Assembly: GCA_043821365.1 (NCBI GenBank)
Contig: JBDRCX010000003.1
Location: 32,001-96,000 of the forward strand
From: Candidatus Micrarchaeota archaeon
Lineage (GTDB): Archaea; Micrarchaeota; Micrarchaeia; Anstonellales; Bilamarchaeaceae
Length of the DNA: 64,000 bases
Direction: 5' to 3'
Under the pieces are notes generated by a model. That model saw nothing but the letters and a program-made list of their open reading frames with translations, had not been told where the DNA came from and ran no database searches. Shown here piece after piece: positions 10,328 through 20,238 of the stretch (position 1 is its first letter; every line of letters begins with the position of its first letter). A program made the position numbers and the translations under genes.

Positions 10328-10930
10328 TTAATCTATTATGTCAACTCTGCCATCTTCAAAATAATATTTCATTGCAATAAGTTTCAACTTTCCTTCTTTC
10401 TCCAATTGTCGAACTACCTCACTTCTACCTCGAATTTCTTCAAGAACCACCTTCGTATTTATGCACACTGCTTTTTCGATATCTTTCTCACCCATATGGA
10501 CAGGTAATTTTAGCTTATCAATTATTGACTGGATGTTTGGTGGACAGACTCCTCCATGACATGCAGCTGTTATTGCACCACATTTTTCGTGACCCAAAAC
10601 TACTAATAGTTGAGTGTGTAAGTGATCAACTCCATATTCAATAGAACCTAATGTAATCGTGTCAACTATATTTCCTGCTGTGATTATTGTGAATACTTCC
10701 CCTATATTCAAATCAAATATATATTCAGGAACTACTCGTGAATCACTGCACGAAACTATAGTTACAAATGGTTTTTGACCATCTTTGGTTGCTTCTCTGG
10801 CTGCCTTATGATCCTTTGGAGATATGTCTCCGGATGCAAATCTTTTATTGCCCTTTATCAATTTTTCTAATGCTTCTTCTCCATCCATTAAATCACCTAA
10901 GCATCCCCAAATAAAATTAGTCTTTAACAT
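10328..10930 (-). CDS. Beta-class carbonic anhydrase
   Basis: GNKRF, SCSDSRV, AGN, GSIEYG and GHEKCGA Zn-ligand motifs; true start may be MDGEEA. Confidence 0.92.
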   Translation of the reverse strand: MLKTNFIWGCLGDLMDGEEALEKLIKGNKRFASGDISPKDHKAAREATKDGQKPFVTIVSCSDSRVVPEYIFDLNIGEVFTIITAGNIVDTITLGSIEYGVDHLHTQLLVVLGHEKCGAITAACHGGVCPPNIQSIIDKLKLPVHMGEKDIEKAVCINTKVVLEEIRGRSEVVRQLEKEGKLKLIAMKYYFEDGRVDIID

Positions 10931-11079
10931 TTATATTGTTGTCTTTCTTCAACCATATTAATTAAATTTTTAAAACCATCCGAATACATATAAAATCAGT
11001 TAAGTTTAGAAGGGGTTAGAGGTAATTTAAGCATTTTAGATGTCTTTTTAAACTCTTCTTACCATATATTATAACATAG

Positions 11080-12270
11080 GTGAAAATTATGGCTGGTTCA
11101 ATTGTAGCTAGATGTCCAGAAGCTTTAGAAAAAGTTAGAAAACACCAAAAATTGACTGTTCCTGAATCTATTAGTGTATTAGCTGAAGGTTTTATGAGAT
11201 TCCAACAAAGAACAACTCCTTCTTCTATGAATGGCGTAAGTTTTTTGAGAGTTGCTGGGCAGGCGGCATGCTTGGATGAACCATTACCAAGAAGTGAAAT
11301 AAAACGATTACTTGAAAAAATAAAACCAGGAGGAGTTTTCTTAATTTTTGGGCATGGCCATATTGCAAAATGTGGTGCTGTTGCTGCAAAACAAGCAGCT
11401 CTTGGTTTACCCGAAGGAGAACATCTTCATGAACCAGAGGTCGTTCTGAAACTATTAGACAGTCTCCCCAAGGATGTTCGCGGCCTAGAGTCACCAGATG
11501 CAGAATTGGTTAATGCAAGATATCAGGCAACCAGGGTGTTTGAAGATCCTGAATTAAGAGAAATAATCGATAAAAAGAATCTAACTGTTGCTTATGCTGT
11601 TTGTTCAGATATTACTCCATTTACCTATCATCTACTTAATCGTACCTGGAACCAGGATAAGATTTTTGAAAGACATCCAAAACTAATTGCATTAAGATTA
11701 CAAATGCCAAAAGCATTGGGTAAGGTAATCGATGCTAATAGAGAAGGGCTTGATTCTCATTATGCTCATGCTGCATTTTTGTATGATCCACTTGACATGA
11801 GAACTGTTTTGGATCCGTTTACCTCTGCATTGGATGTTGGTGGAATTTGTTGCGTTGATGCAAGAGTAACTCCAAATGTGCCTGATAGCCCAAAATATCT
11901 TTTTAGAATACCTCCAAATCAATCATTCATGGTAACAATGGCAATAAATGGCGGTGCACAATTAAGCACTGAAAATCTAGGTTCATTGATTTATTCTTAT
12001 GGGCATGTTGCTGGTATAAATAGCCTTAATCAGCATGGTGAACCAGGTTCAGGACACACAGTTGTTTTGACATCTGGGTCAGATCTTGACCGTGCTTTAG
12101 CAGTAAGGATGGCTCTTGTTCAGCATGAAGTTGTTAACCAAGCCACATCGCATGGAGAGAATATATCTATGGCAGTTTTTGATGGAGAAAAACTACGTTT
12201 ATGGAATCCAAATCATGGAATTGATATGGTAATCCCATACACTCCACAGATCAATATTCTTTCTATTTAA
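11080..12270 (+). CDS. Divergent tandem beta-carbonic-anhydrase-like protein
   Basis: N-half LAEGFMRF, LRVAGQ and GHGHIAKCGAVAA; C-half ICCVDARV, YLFRIPPNQSF and LGSLIYSYGH align to separate parts of the neighbouring CA. Confidence 0.5.
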   Translation: MKIMAGSIVARCPEALEKVRKHQKLTVPESISVLAEGFMRFQQRTTPSSMNGVSFLRVAGQAACLDEPLPRSEIKRLLEKIKPGGVFLIFGHGHIAKCGAVAAKQAALGLPEGEHLHEPEVVLKLLDSLPKDVRGLESPDAELVNARYQATRVFEDPELREIIDKKNLTVAYAVCSDITPFTYHLLNRTWNQDKIFERHPKLIALRLQMPKALGKVIDANREGLDSHYAHAAFLYDPLDMRTVLDPFTSALDVGGICCVDARVTPNVPDSPKYLFRIPPNQSFMVTMAINGGAQLSTENLGSLIYSYGHVAGINSLNQHGEPGSGHTVVLTSGSDLDRALAVRMALVQHEVVNQATSHGENISMAVFDGEKLRLWNPNHGIDMVIPYTPQINILSI

Positions 12271-13134
12271 TTATTCTAAAAATTCTACAGTATCTACCTG
12301 CCCATCTCCATTCTCGTCAAATCCTTCAACTACTCTAGTTTCTTGAATCTTATCTATGTTCTTGATCATTGCAAGTACTGCTGCCCTTGTTCCATGTTGG
12401 TTTAGACCTCCAATAACTAAAACTTTTCTTGAGCTGGCAAAAGGACTTTTAATAAGTTCAATCACTCCTATATTTCCGCTATAGGCTTTTCCTGCATTGG
12501 TACTATACACCTCAGCATTATCCCTGGTGAATCTAATTGGCAATTTATTATTAATCTCAGCAACTAATGTGTTTACTTTTGGTCCACCCGCGAGTATGAG
12601 GTTTTTCTTTTTATCGAGTTCAGTGATTTGTGTGTCTAATTTGTAGATTGGAAAGATCGGTGCAGCATATCTTCCAAATAACATGGAAAGTTCTAACATA
12701 CCAAATTCACTTGCTCTCGCTCTATGTTTTCCATGTGGTTCTGGTGATCCAACAACCATAAGCCCACTGAAAACACCTTCTTCGAAAAAGGGTTTTAGGA
12801 TCGGTGGTGTATCTTTCAATGGTGGTGTAGAATCTCTCCAGCCATTATCATCTACAACCATAGCAAAACTCTGAGCTTTGGCAATGTATTTTTTTGCTAT
12901 TCCGCCATTTTTCTCTTCATAATCTACAAATCCTATCATTCCAGCTTTTTCAAGTACTTTAATGTGGTAGTAAGTTATTTGAGGTTGAAGACCAATTTCA
13001 CGTGCAATCTCAATTGCATATGCAGGTCTTCTACTAAGATATTTCAGGATCTTGAGACGTTCTCCTGAAATTGCTTTCAGTTGTTCTATTCTCATACAAC
13101 CAATTGCTTTTCCATCATCGTTTATTAGCATCAT
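12271..13134 (-). CDS. ArsR-like wHTH regulator fused to an S-layer-C-like domain
   Basis: RLKILKYLSRRPAYAIEIAREIGL..QITYYHIKVLEKAG wHTH; LILAGGPKVN and GTRAAV in the C-domain; likely start MMLIND. Confidence 0.7.
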   Translation of the reverse strand: MMLINDDGKAIGCMRIEQLKAISGERLKILKYLSRRPAYAIEIAREIGLQPQITYYHIKVLEKAGMIGFVDYEEKNGGIAKKYIAKAQSFAMVVDDNGWRDSTPPLKDTPPILKPFFEEGVFSGLMVVGSPEPHGKHRARASEFGMLELSMLFGRYAAPIFPIYKLDTQITELDKKKNLILAGGPKVNTLVAEINNKLPIRFTRDNAEVYSTNAGKAYSGNIGVIELIKSPFASSRKVLVIGGLNQHGTRAAVLAMIKNIDKIQETRVVEGFDENGDGQVDTVEFLE

Positions 13135-13229
13135 TTCAGCATACCTCAGACCCTTACAATTTTTTTTGAATACTAATAAAAATATTTTAATAGTAGTATT
13201 AAAAAGGCTATCTATTATCATTCTTTTCT

Positions 13230-14951
13230 ATGTGTGGCATTATTGGCTATGTTGGTTACCAGAAAGCAGATGAAGTTCTTATTTCTGGCTTGGAACGTTT
13301 GGAATATCGTGGTTATGATTCTGCAGGTATATGTGTTTGTGATAAAAAATTACAAGTACATAAAGTTGTTGGAAGAGTTGAAAATCTAAAAACAATTGAT
13401 TTCACTGGAAATATTGGTATTGCTCATACAAGATGGGCAACACATGGGAAACCAACTGTTGAAAATGCACACCCTCATATGAGTGCTAATGGCAAAATTG
13501 CAGTAGTCCATAATGGTATTGTTGAGAATTATTTATCATTAAAGGAAGAATTGAGAGGAGTGACTTTTAAGAGTGAGACAGACACAGAAATAATTGCTCA
13601 TTTGATAGAAAAATTTTATTCTGGTGATCTTAAGGATGCAGTTCTAAAAGTAATTAACAAAATGCAAGGATCCTATGCAATTTGTGTTTTAATGGAAGGT
13701 CATGATGAACTCATTTTTGCCCGAAACGGCAGTCCATTGATATTAGGGGTTGGGAGCAATGAAAATTTTGTTGCATCAGATGTTGCTGCATTTGTCGAAC
13801 ACACAAAAAAAGTAATCTATCTTGATGATCTTGAAATGGGTGTTCTACACAATGATGGTTTTGAAATTTTCGATAATACTGGTAAAAAAATATCAAAAGA
13901 AGTTTCTATTGTTGATTGGGATTTAGCACAAGCTCAAAAAAGCGGCCATCCACATTTTATGTTAAAGGAGATTCTTGAGCAACCAACTGTGGTTGAAGAA
14001 ACACTAAAGGTCAATATCGATCTAGATTTTAGTGCAAAAAGAATATTTATGGTTGCATGTGGGACTGCTTCCTATGCTGGTTTTGTGGGCAAGTATTTAA
14101 TAGAAAAAATTGCCCGCATCCCGGTTGAATGGATGCCAGCATCTGAATTTCGTTATTCTGATCCCATCATTGGTAATGATGATCTTATGTTTGTAATATC
14201 ACAAAGTGGGGAAACTGCCGACACTCTTGCTGCCCTAAGACTTGCAAAAGAGAAAGGTGCACGTGTTGTTAGTATAGTCAATGTTGTTAACAGTACTATC
14301 GCGCGAGAATCTGATTCAGTTATTTATACCCGTGCTGGTCCTGAAATAGGTGTTGCAAGTACAAAAGCATATCTGGCACAATTGGTGATTCTTTATAAAA
14401 TAGCTGAGAAAATGGGAGGAAAAAAACTAGGTTTGGACAAACTCCCATCAGCTATCAAAGAAATTCTTTCGAATAGAGAGAAAATAAAAGAAATTGCAAA
14501 AAAATATTTCTTATGCCACAATCTCCTTTTCATAGGCCGCGGTATCAATTATCCAATTGCTATTGAGGGTTCACACAAACTAAAAGAAATCAGTTATATC
14601 CATGCAGAAGCTTATGCTGCAGGTGAATTAAAGCACGGTGCTATTGCATTGGTTACTGAGGACACACCAACTATAGTAATTGCTACGGATAGCAAGATTA
14701 AGGAAAAACTTTTCAATAATATCCAGGAAGTAAAAGCAAGAAACGGGAAGACAATTGCAATTGCCAGCAATGGTGATGAATTAATAAAAAAATACTCTGA
14801 TGATGTTTTCTATGTTCCTAAAGTTGATGAAATACTAACCCCAATTCTAACTATTATCCCACTTCAACTTTTTGCATATTATATTGCTGATATGAGGGAA
14901 TGTGATATAGATAAACCAAGAAATTTAGCAAAATCAGTTACTGTGGAGTAA
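13230..14951 (+). CDS. glmS: Glucosamine-6-phosphate synthase
   Basis: N-terminal MCGI, LEYRGYDSAG, HTRWATHG, SQSGET, LKEISY, GELKHG and PRNLAKSVTVE. Confidence 0.98.
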   Translation: MCGIIGYVGYQKADEVLISGLERLEYRGYDSAGICVCDKKLQVHKVVGRVENLKTIDFTGNIGIAHTRWATHGKPTVENAHPHMSANGKIAVVHNGIVENYLSLKEELRGVTFKSETDTEIIAHLIEKFYSGDLKDAVLKVINKMQGSYAICVLMEGHDELIFARNGSPLILGVGSNENFVASDVAAFVEHTKKVIYLDDLEMGVLHNDGFEIFDNTGKKISKEVSIVDWDLAQAQKSGHPHFMLKEILEQPTVVEETLKVNIDLDFSAKRIFMVACGTASYAGFVGKYLIEKIARIPVEWMPASEFRYSDPIIGNDDLMFVISQSGETADTLAALRLAKEKGARVVSIVNVVNSTIARESDSVIYTRAGPEIGVASTKAYLAQLVILYKIAEKMGGKKLGLDKLPSAIKEILSNREKIKEIAKKYFLCHNLLFIGRGINYPIAIEGSHKLKEISYIHAEAYAAGELKHGAIALVTEDTPTIVIATDSKIKEKLFNNIQEVKARNGKTIAIASNGDELIKKYSDDVFYVPKVDEILTPILTIIPLQLFAYYIADMRECDIDKPRNLAKSVTVE

Positions 14952-16592
14952 TTATCTTCTTGGTTTTCTTTTTCTTATCTTAACCCAAATTTGCCATAAT
15001 AAAATAACTATCACTATTATAGCACCAACGAGCACAAATGGACTAACACCAGTTGAATTTACTGTTATTTTTTTAGTTGCTTCAATGAATCCAATCTTAT
15101 TAACTGCAATTGTATATTCTCCTGGTTCGTTTATTGTTATGTTTAGGGTTTTATCCACAAAATAACTTTGTCCATTCACACTTATGTTAATTCTATCTAC
15201 TGGTTCTCCATTTTCAAGGTCATTCACAAATACAGTGAATGGAGTTCCCTCTACTACGTCTGATGTTGTAGTAATAACAAAACTATTCAAAGGTATTGTT
15301 GAATCGTAATTTATCGCAATTGTTGTGTACGTTGTTCCACTCTCTTGTCCATAATCATCAACCACTAAACATGATATTGTATTAAGACCAAATATCAAAT
15401 TTTTAGTTGGGTCAACATATTGATTCCAACCATCTTGTGTTGTGTTAGTGTAATCCCATTCGCCACCGTTTATGCTCATAAGCACATATGCATTACTTCC
15501 TTCTGCAACATACTTTCCACCAACTACTAATTCTTTCTGTCCAATTAATTCAGCTTCAAGTGGATTTGTTATCGAACATGCTCTTTCAGTGCTATATGCA
15601 TGTACAGAACCATCCTGGGCACCAAACATGATTTTATTTTGATAGAATAACGGATCACCTACTGCACCACCTATAACTGTTTTCCAGACAATTTCTCCAT
15701 TGTCCTTTGCAATTGCATAAATGCTTTTGTCTGTACTTCCAACAAAAATAACTTCTCGCCCACCCATAAATCCTGTTTCAGGCATTGTTTGTACTGCTAA
15801 TTGTGTTTGGGCAGACCATTTCATTTCGCCGTTTCCTGCATCGACAGCATAAACATTACCATCATTACCGCCAAAATAAATTATACCATTGCTTATATGT
15901 GGGGTACTCATTATCCAATTTCTTAGTACTACCTCCCAGACTACTAATCCATTGTTTGCAACATAGGCGTGCATTTTATTGTCTAATGCACCAACATAAA
16001 CCACTCCGCTTTCTATTACTGGTCTAGATGTCCAAAAAGTTCCACCATCAAGTTTTACCTTCCACAAAATAACTCCATTTTCATTCATTTTTACAAGTTC
16101 GTTTTCTTTCCCATAAATAACATAATCTGATCCTGCAGCTGGCAATCCGACAATAGATTCATTAAAGCTGCTTATTTTTTTGATACTAAAACTCTTATCA
16201 ATAACGTAAATTCCATTACTTGCAGTAACAAAAATTTCATCACTGTTTGCACTCATACCATACACATATGTTGCATTTTGGGACGTTAGATCAATTGTCA
16301 ATGATACTACTCCATTATTTCCAATCTTCTTTATCTTCCCGGTTGTTGTTGATACAAAAACCGAGTTTTCAAAAATAAGCATATCTGTTGGTTTTTTTTC
16401 TAATGTTGTTTGCCATTTTTTCAATCCACTATTGGGGTCTATGGCATATAGTTTTCCGTCATCAGATGCACTGACTATCATATTTTGGTATGCAACTGGT
16501 TTTAGGCTAATTTCACCGCCAGTACTATACTCCCATACTAGTGAAGCATAGGAAAACGAAAGAAGCAAGATAAATAGAAAAGCTTTCCTCAT
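14952..16592 (-). CDS. PQQ/BamB-like beta-propeller surface protein with C-terminal TM anchor
   Basis: Repeated DGxxYAxDxxxGxxxW blades, signal peptide MRKAF..., C-terminal TM plus basic tail. Confidence 0.85.
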   Translation of the reverse strand: MRKAFLFILLLSFSYASLVWEYSTGGEISLKPVAYQNMIVSASDDGKLYAIDPNSGLKKWQTTLEKKPTDMLIFENSVFVSTTTGKIKKIGNNGVVSLTIDLTSQNATYVYGMSANSDEIFVTASNGIYVIDKSFSIKKISSFNESIVGLPAAGSDYVIYGKENELVKMNENGVILWKVKLDGGTFWTSRPVIESGVVYVGALDNKMHAYVANNGLVVWEVVLRNWIMSTPHISNGIIYFGGNDGNVYAVDAGNGEMKWSAQTQLAVQTMPETGFMGGREVIFVGSTDKSIYAIAKDNGEIVWKTVIGGAVGDPLFYQNKIMFGAQDGSVHAYSTERACSITNPLEAELIGQKELVVGGKYVAEGSNAYVLMSINGGEWDYTNTTQDGWNQYVDPTKNLIFGLNTISCLVVDDYGQESGTTYTTIAINYDSTIPLNSFVITTTSDVVEGTPFTVFVNDLENGEPVDRINISVNGQSYFVDKTLNITINEPGEYTIAVNKIGFIEATKKITVNSTGVSPFVLVGAIIVIVILLWQIWVKIRKRKPRR

Positions 16593-16644
16593 TGGATTTG
16601 AATATCCAAATGCTGAAGAATTCTTATGAAAATTTTTCATAATG

Positions 16645-17115
16645 TCATCCTTTTAACAATGAGTCGTGCTTTCCTTCATTTACCTCCTTTATAACTTCTC
16701 TTGCATTTTTGTTATCAATTGTCACGCCCATACTAACGCATGTACCAAGAACCTCTTTAAGTGTTTCCTTTAAGTCCTTGCCCAAAGAATTTCTTTTAGA
16801 CTTTGAAACAACAACTAATCTTTCCAAAGCAACATTGCCAGCTGGTGCATCTTTTGATCCAGCGCCCTTTTCAATGCCAGCTTCTTTTTTTATGATCTCT
16901 GCGGTTGGTGGGCTGCCAACTTCAACTGTAAATTCCTTTGTTTTTGGATCAACACTTACCTTTACCGGTACTTTCATACCTTCAAAATCTTTTGTTGCTT
17001 CGTTTATCTTCGAAACTACTTGACCAATATTAACTCCCATGGGTGCTAATGCCGGTGCCAAAGGTGGACCAGCCGAAGCTTTGCCACCGTCTACTATAAT
17101 ATCTATCGTTTTCAT
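16645..17115 (-). CDS. rpl11: 50S ribosomal protein uL11
   Basis: GGKASAGPPLAPALAP, GMKVPVKV and GTCVSMGV. Confidence 0.97.
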   Translation of the reverse strand: MKTIDIIVDGGKASAGPPLAPALAPMGVNIGQVVSKINEATKDFEGMKVPVKVSVDPKTKEFTVEVGSPPTAEIIKKEAGIEKGAGSKDAPAGNVALERLVVVSKSKRNSLGKDLKETLKEVLGTCVSMGVTIDNKNAREVIKEVNEGKHDSLLKG

Positions 17116-17222
17116 TCAAAAACCTCTATTACCTATCTTTTGTAATTATTCGTAGAAGAATGGATTCAATTGGTCTGGTTTGTTTTTTAAATTTAACTTG
17201 TTTGGTTTACTAAGAGTTTTGA

Positions 17223-17245
17223 TGAAACTTTTAGTAAAAGTTTCA
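17223..17245. repeat. Perfect 10-bp palindrome with 3-nt loop (REP-like family; may act as terminator)
   Basis: TGAAACTTTT-AGT-AAAAGTTTCA, overlapping the stop codon of the FNR-like gene. Confidence 0.7.
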
Positions 17246-17950
17246 ACCCCATCCTTCCATTTTGATTCTTTTTGTATCAACTTTAAGTTCAATAAGAAAT
17301 TCTTTCATACTTTTAATCATACCCATCGATCCACACATCCACCAGTCAGTGTTTTTTGGATCTTGAATGTATTTTGTTATTAATTCTTTGTTTATTCTCC
17401 CCTTTTCTCCGTTCCATTCTGATTCTTCTCTTGTTAATGTTATAATTATTTTTATTTTTGGATTTAATTTTTGTATTCTTTCAAATTCTTCCTGGTAAAT
17501 TATTGTTTCTTTGGTTCTAGTACTATATAGTAAAACAAAATTTCCATCTAGTTTTTTCCCTGCAATATCTCTAAGTATGCTTAGCATCGGGGCAACCCCT
17601 GTTCCAGATGCTATCAACCCTACATTTTTTTGTTCATTATATTGAAAATGACCCAATGGCCCCTCAATACCAATATCTGTTCCAATCATTAATTTTTCTA
17701 GTTTGCTGGTCATGGCTCCATTAACCATCTTTATGCAAAATTCCAAATAATCTGCACTCGGAGATGAGGCTATTGAATATGGTTTTTTTATTATTGTATT
17801 TCCTTGTTCATCAAAAATATGTATGTATACAAATTGCCCTGGTTTAAACTCTAATTTTTTTTCTATGGGTTCCATTCTGTATATATTAACACTGTCAGTT
17901 GACTTTTCTATGCTTGTTATTTTGTATTTAATAATTGACAGATGGTTCAC
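17243..17950 (-). CDS. Ferredoxin-NADP reductase-like FAD/NAD(P)-binding oxidoreductase
   Basis: FKPGQF, PYSIASSP, IASGTGVAP and MCGS...MEGW. Confidence 0.88.
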   Translation of the reverse strand: MNHLSIIKYKITSIEKSTDSVNIYRMEPIEKKLEFKPGQFVYIHIFDEQGNTIIKKPYSIASSPSADYLEFCIKMVNGAMTSKLEKLMIGTDIGIEGPLGHFQYNEQKNVGLIASGTGVAPMLSILRDIAGKKLDGNFVLLYSTRTKETIIYQEEFERIQKLNPKIKIIITLTREESEWNGEKGRINKELITKYIQDPKNTDWWMCGSMGMIKSMKEFLIELKVDTKRIKMEGWG

Positions 17951-18004
17951 CTAAGAGATCTAAGTTCCGATATGAATTAAAAGATAGGTTGCTTTGAATT
18001 TATT

Positions 18005-19441
18005 ATGTTCTCTATAAAAAATTTCTCACTTTTATTTTTGATTGTAAGTGTCTTTCTACTGTTTGGTTGTTTTTTTCCAAACACGCCTTCAGATAATGGA
18101 CTACCTTCGAATCATCTAACAAATCAATCTAAGAATAATACTATGAAACCGCCACTACCCAATACTAGTATTAAATCTAATATTGTTGATGTAAATATTC
18201 CATCGTCAAGTGGTAATGGGACAATTGCAGTTCGTCTTCAAATACCAAACAAAACTAGATATTCTGATGGTGCACCAGTTGTCATATGGATTTCTGGTGG
18301 CTATGATGGTGGCGGACTCAATCATGGTTTTGCTTCAGAATTAGACGATACAGCAGTAATTACATTTCTTTTTCCTGGTATAGAGGATCCATGGGCAGGA
18401 ATTAAGTCTGATGGTGTTTATGATTATCGTGGTGAGAATTGTATTATCTCACTTAAAGATGTAATTCTCTATGCAGCTGGAGAAAAAACAGACAATCTTA
18501 ACCGTACTATTGATGAAATTTCAAACATTGATATTCTTCATAATAATATTGGGTTAGTTGGTTCATCAAATGGTGGCAACATAATAGTTGCTCTACCTGC
18601 GTTTTATGGTGATGAACTTGTTGGTCATTTGCGCTATGTTATCCAATGGGAAACACCAGTTTCAAGTCAAATAGCGAATCGTGATTTTGGTAGAGTCTGG
18701 CTTAAACCAGCAACTGGACAAGGTGATTATTTCAATCCACGTTATTCTGGTTATGGCCCACTTATTCTTGGTTCAAATTATAGTGATCTTACTTACAATC
18801 CGAGTTATTCATATTACACTATATTCCATGATGGTAATGGTGATGGTCAATATACTACTGTCTCAGTAGCTGGTAAAGACCTTCCTGATCTTGATGGAAA
18901 CGGAAAACTTGAACTTAATGAAGATTTCCCACTTGATTACTATCCTGGTGGAGAGAATGGTACAATCCTCTTCTATTCCCGTCCAGTAACTTATGCAATG
19001 GAAGAAATGAATATCTTCAATGGTTCTTGGCCTTCAAATATTGCAACACCAGAGCAAGCAGATGAGTATTGGGATTTGAGAGAGTCAGTTGTTCTATATG
19101 ATGATGCAATTGCAAATATGCCAGATCTTGAAGCCATGGTTTTAGCAGGCGAAGTTGATCATGTTCAATCCTCATATGATAAGTTCAATATCCAACAAGC
19201 TTTTGGTGGATTAATGAAAGCAAATGTATCCTGGGTTCAAATAAATCCAAGTAGTAGCTATCTTACTTCAATTAACCCGCTTTACAGCAATAGGAATGAT
19301 CTTCCAGATAATCAGCCATTCACATCGCCGACAAATTGGAAGAATTTCTCATCATACACCATTCCTGCTGATGTTTTCAAAGGATTTTATCAATCTGCAT
19401 CAGTCTGGCAGATGGCTGATAGAGCGCATAATAACAATTAA
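18005..19441 (+). CDS. Secreted lipoprotein, alpha/beta-hydrolase-like
   Basis: LLFGC lipobox-like signal; GLVGSSNGG nucleophile elbow; DGNGDG and DLDGNGKLE Ca-binding-like motifs; GEVDH. Confidence 0.6.
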   Translation: MFSIKNFSLLFLIVSVFLLFGCFFPNTPSDNGLPSNHLTNQSKNNTMKPPLPNTSIKSNIVDVNIPSSSGNGTIAVRLQIPNKTRYSDGAPVVIWISGGYDGGGLNHGFASELDDTAVITFLFPGIEDPWAGIKSDGVYDYRGENCIISLKDVILYAAGEKTDNLNRTIDEISNIDILHNNIGLVGSSNGGNIIVALPAFYGDELVGHLRYVIQWETPVSSQIANRDFGRVWLKPATGQGDYFNPRYSGYGPLILGSNYSDLTYNPSYSYYTIFHDGNGDGQYTTVSVAGKDLPDLDGNGKLELNEDFPLDYYPGGENGTILFYSRPVTYAMEEMNIFNGSWPSNIATPEQADEYWDLRESVVLYDDAIANMPDLEAMVLAGEVDHVQSSYDKFNIQQAFGGLMKANVSWVQINPSSSYLTSINPLYSNRNDLPDNQPFTSPTNWKNFSSYTIPADVFKGFYQSASVWQMADRAHNNN

Positions 19442-19496
19442 GTGGTGAAATTCTGTTTAGGCTAAGCCTAATAAATTATGCGTTCATATTTTGATT

Positions 19497-20234
19497 ATGC
19501 ATGATAAATTAGCAAGATCATTCAAGTATGCTTGGGAATTTTATCTAAAAAGATGGGGTATTATTGTTGCTTTTTCAATCCCATTCATTGTTGCATTTCT
19601 AATTCCAACACTTGTTCCAGCACCAACATACCTAGCCCTTGGTGCTGTTTTCCTAAGAACCGGGAGTCTTCCCGATCTAACTCTTTTCGACATAGTAATT
19701 ACAGCACTAGCATACGCATTATCTGTTTTCATAATCGCAGACACCATAGTCAATATCAATATAGTTGTACGATCAAAAAGAACACTAACATCTATTCAAT
19801 ACGAAGTTGTTCATGCATTGGGAACCTACGGTACAAGGATATTCTACATATATACAATGGTACTATTGCTGATGTTTATTTTCCAACTTTTGACCTATGA
19901 TAATCCTCTTCAAACTTGGATATACCCACTTGCATCATTTATACTGTCATTCTTACTATTCTTTATTCCACCTGCAGTTGTAATTGATAATTCAGATACT
20001 CCAACTGCAATAAAACGTTCAATTAAGATGGCAATGAAGAATCCACATTTCATTTTAGTGTGGGCAGTTGCATCTCTGATATTATTATCTGTGGTTAAGA
20101 TATTCGCTGATCTTATATTTTCAGATCCATTTTCAGGATACTTTGTATTATTGGTGAATTCATTACTGATACTTCCCTATCTTACAATCTTACAAACTCA
20201 AATGTACATGGAGAAATATCCACTAGCAAGGTAA
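19497..20234 (+). CDS. Multi-pass membrane protein of unknown function
   Basis: About six hydrophobic helices; co-oriented with fni, 4 bp apart. Confidence 0.7.
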   Translation: MHDKLARSFKYAWEFYLKRWGIIVAFSIPFIVAFLIPTLVPAPTYLALGAVFLRTGSLPDLTLFDIVITALAYALSVFIIADTIVNINIVVRSKRTLTSIQYEVVHALGTYGTRIFYIYTMVLLLMFIFQLLTYDNPLQTWIYPLASFILSFLLFFIPPAVVIDNSDTPTAIKRSIKMAMKNPHFILVWAVASLILLSVVKIFADLIFSDPFSGYFVLLVNSLLILPYLTILQTQMYMEKYPLAR

Positions 20235-20238
20235 TTCA

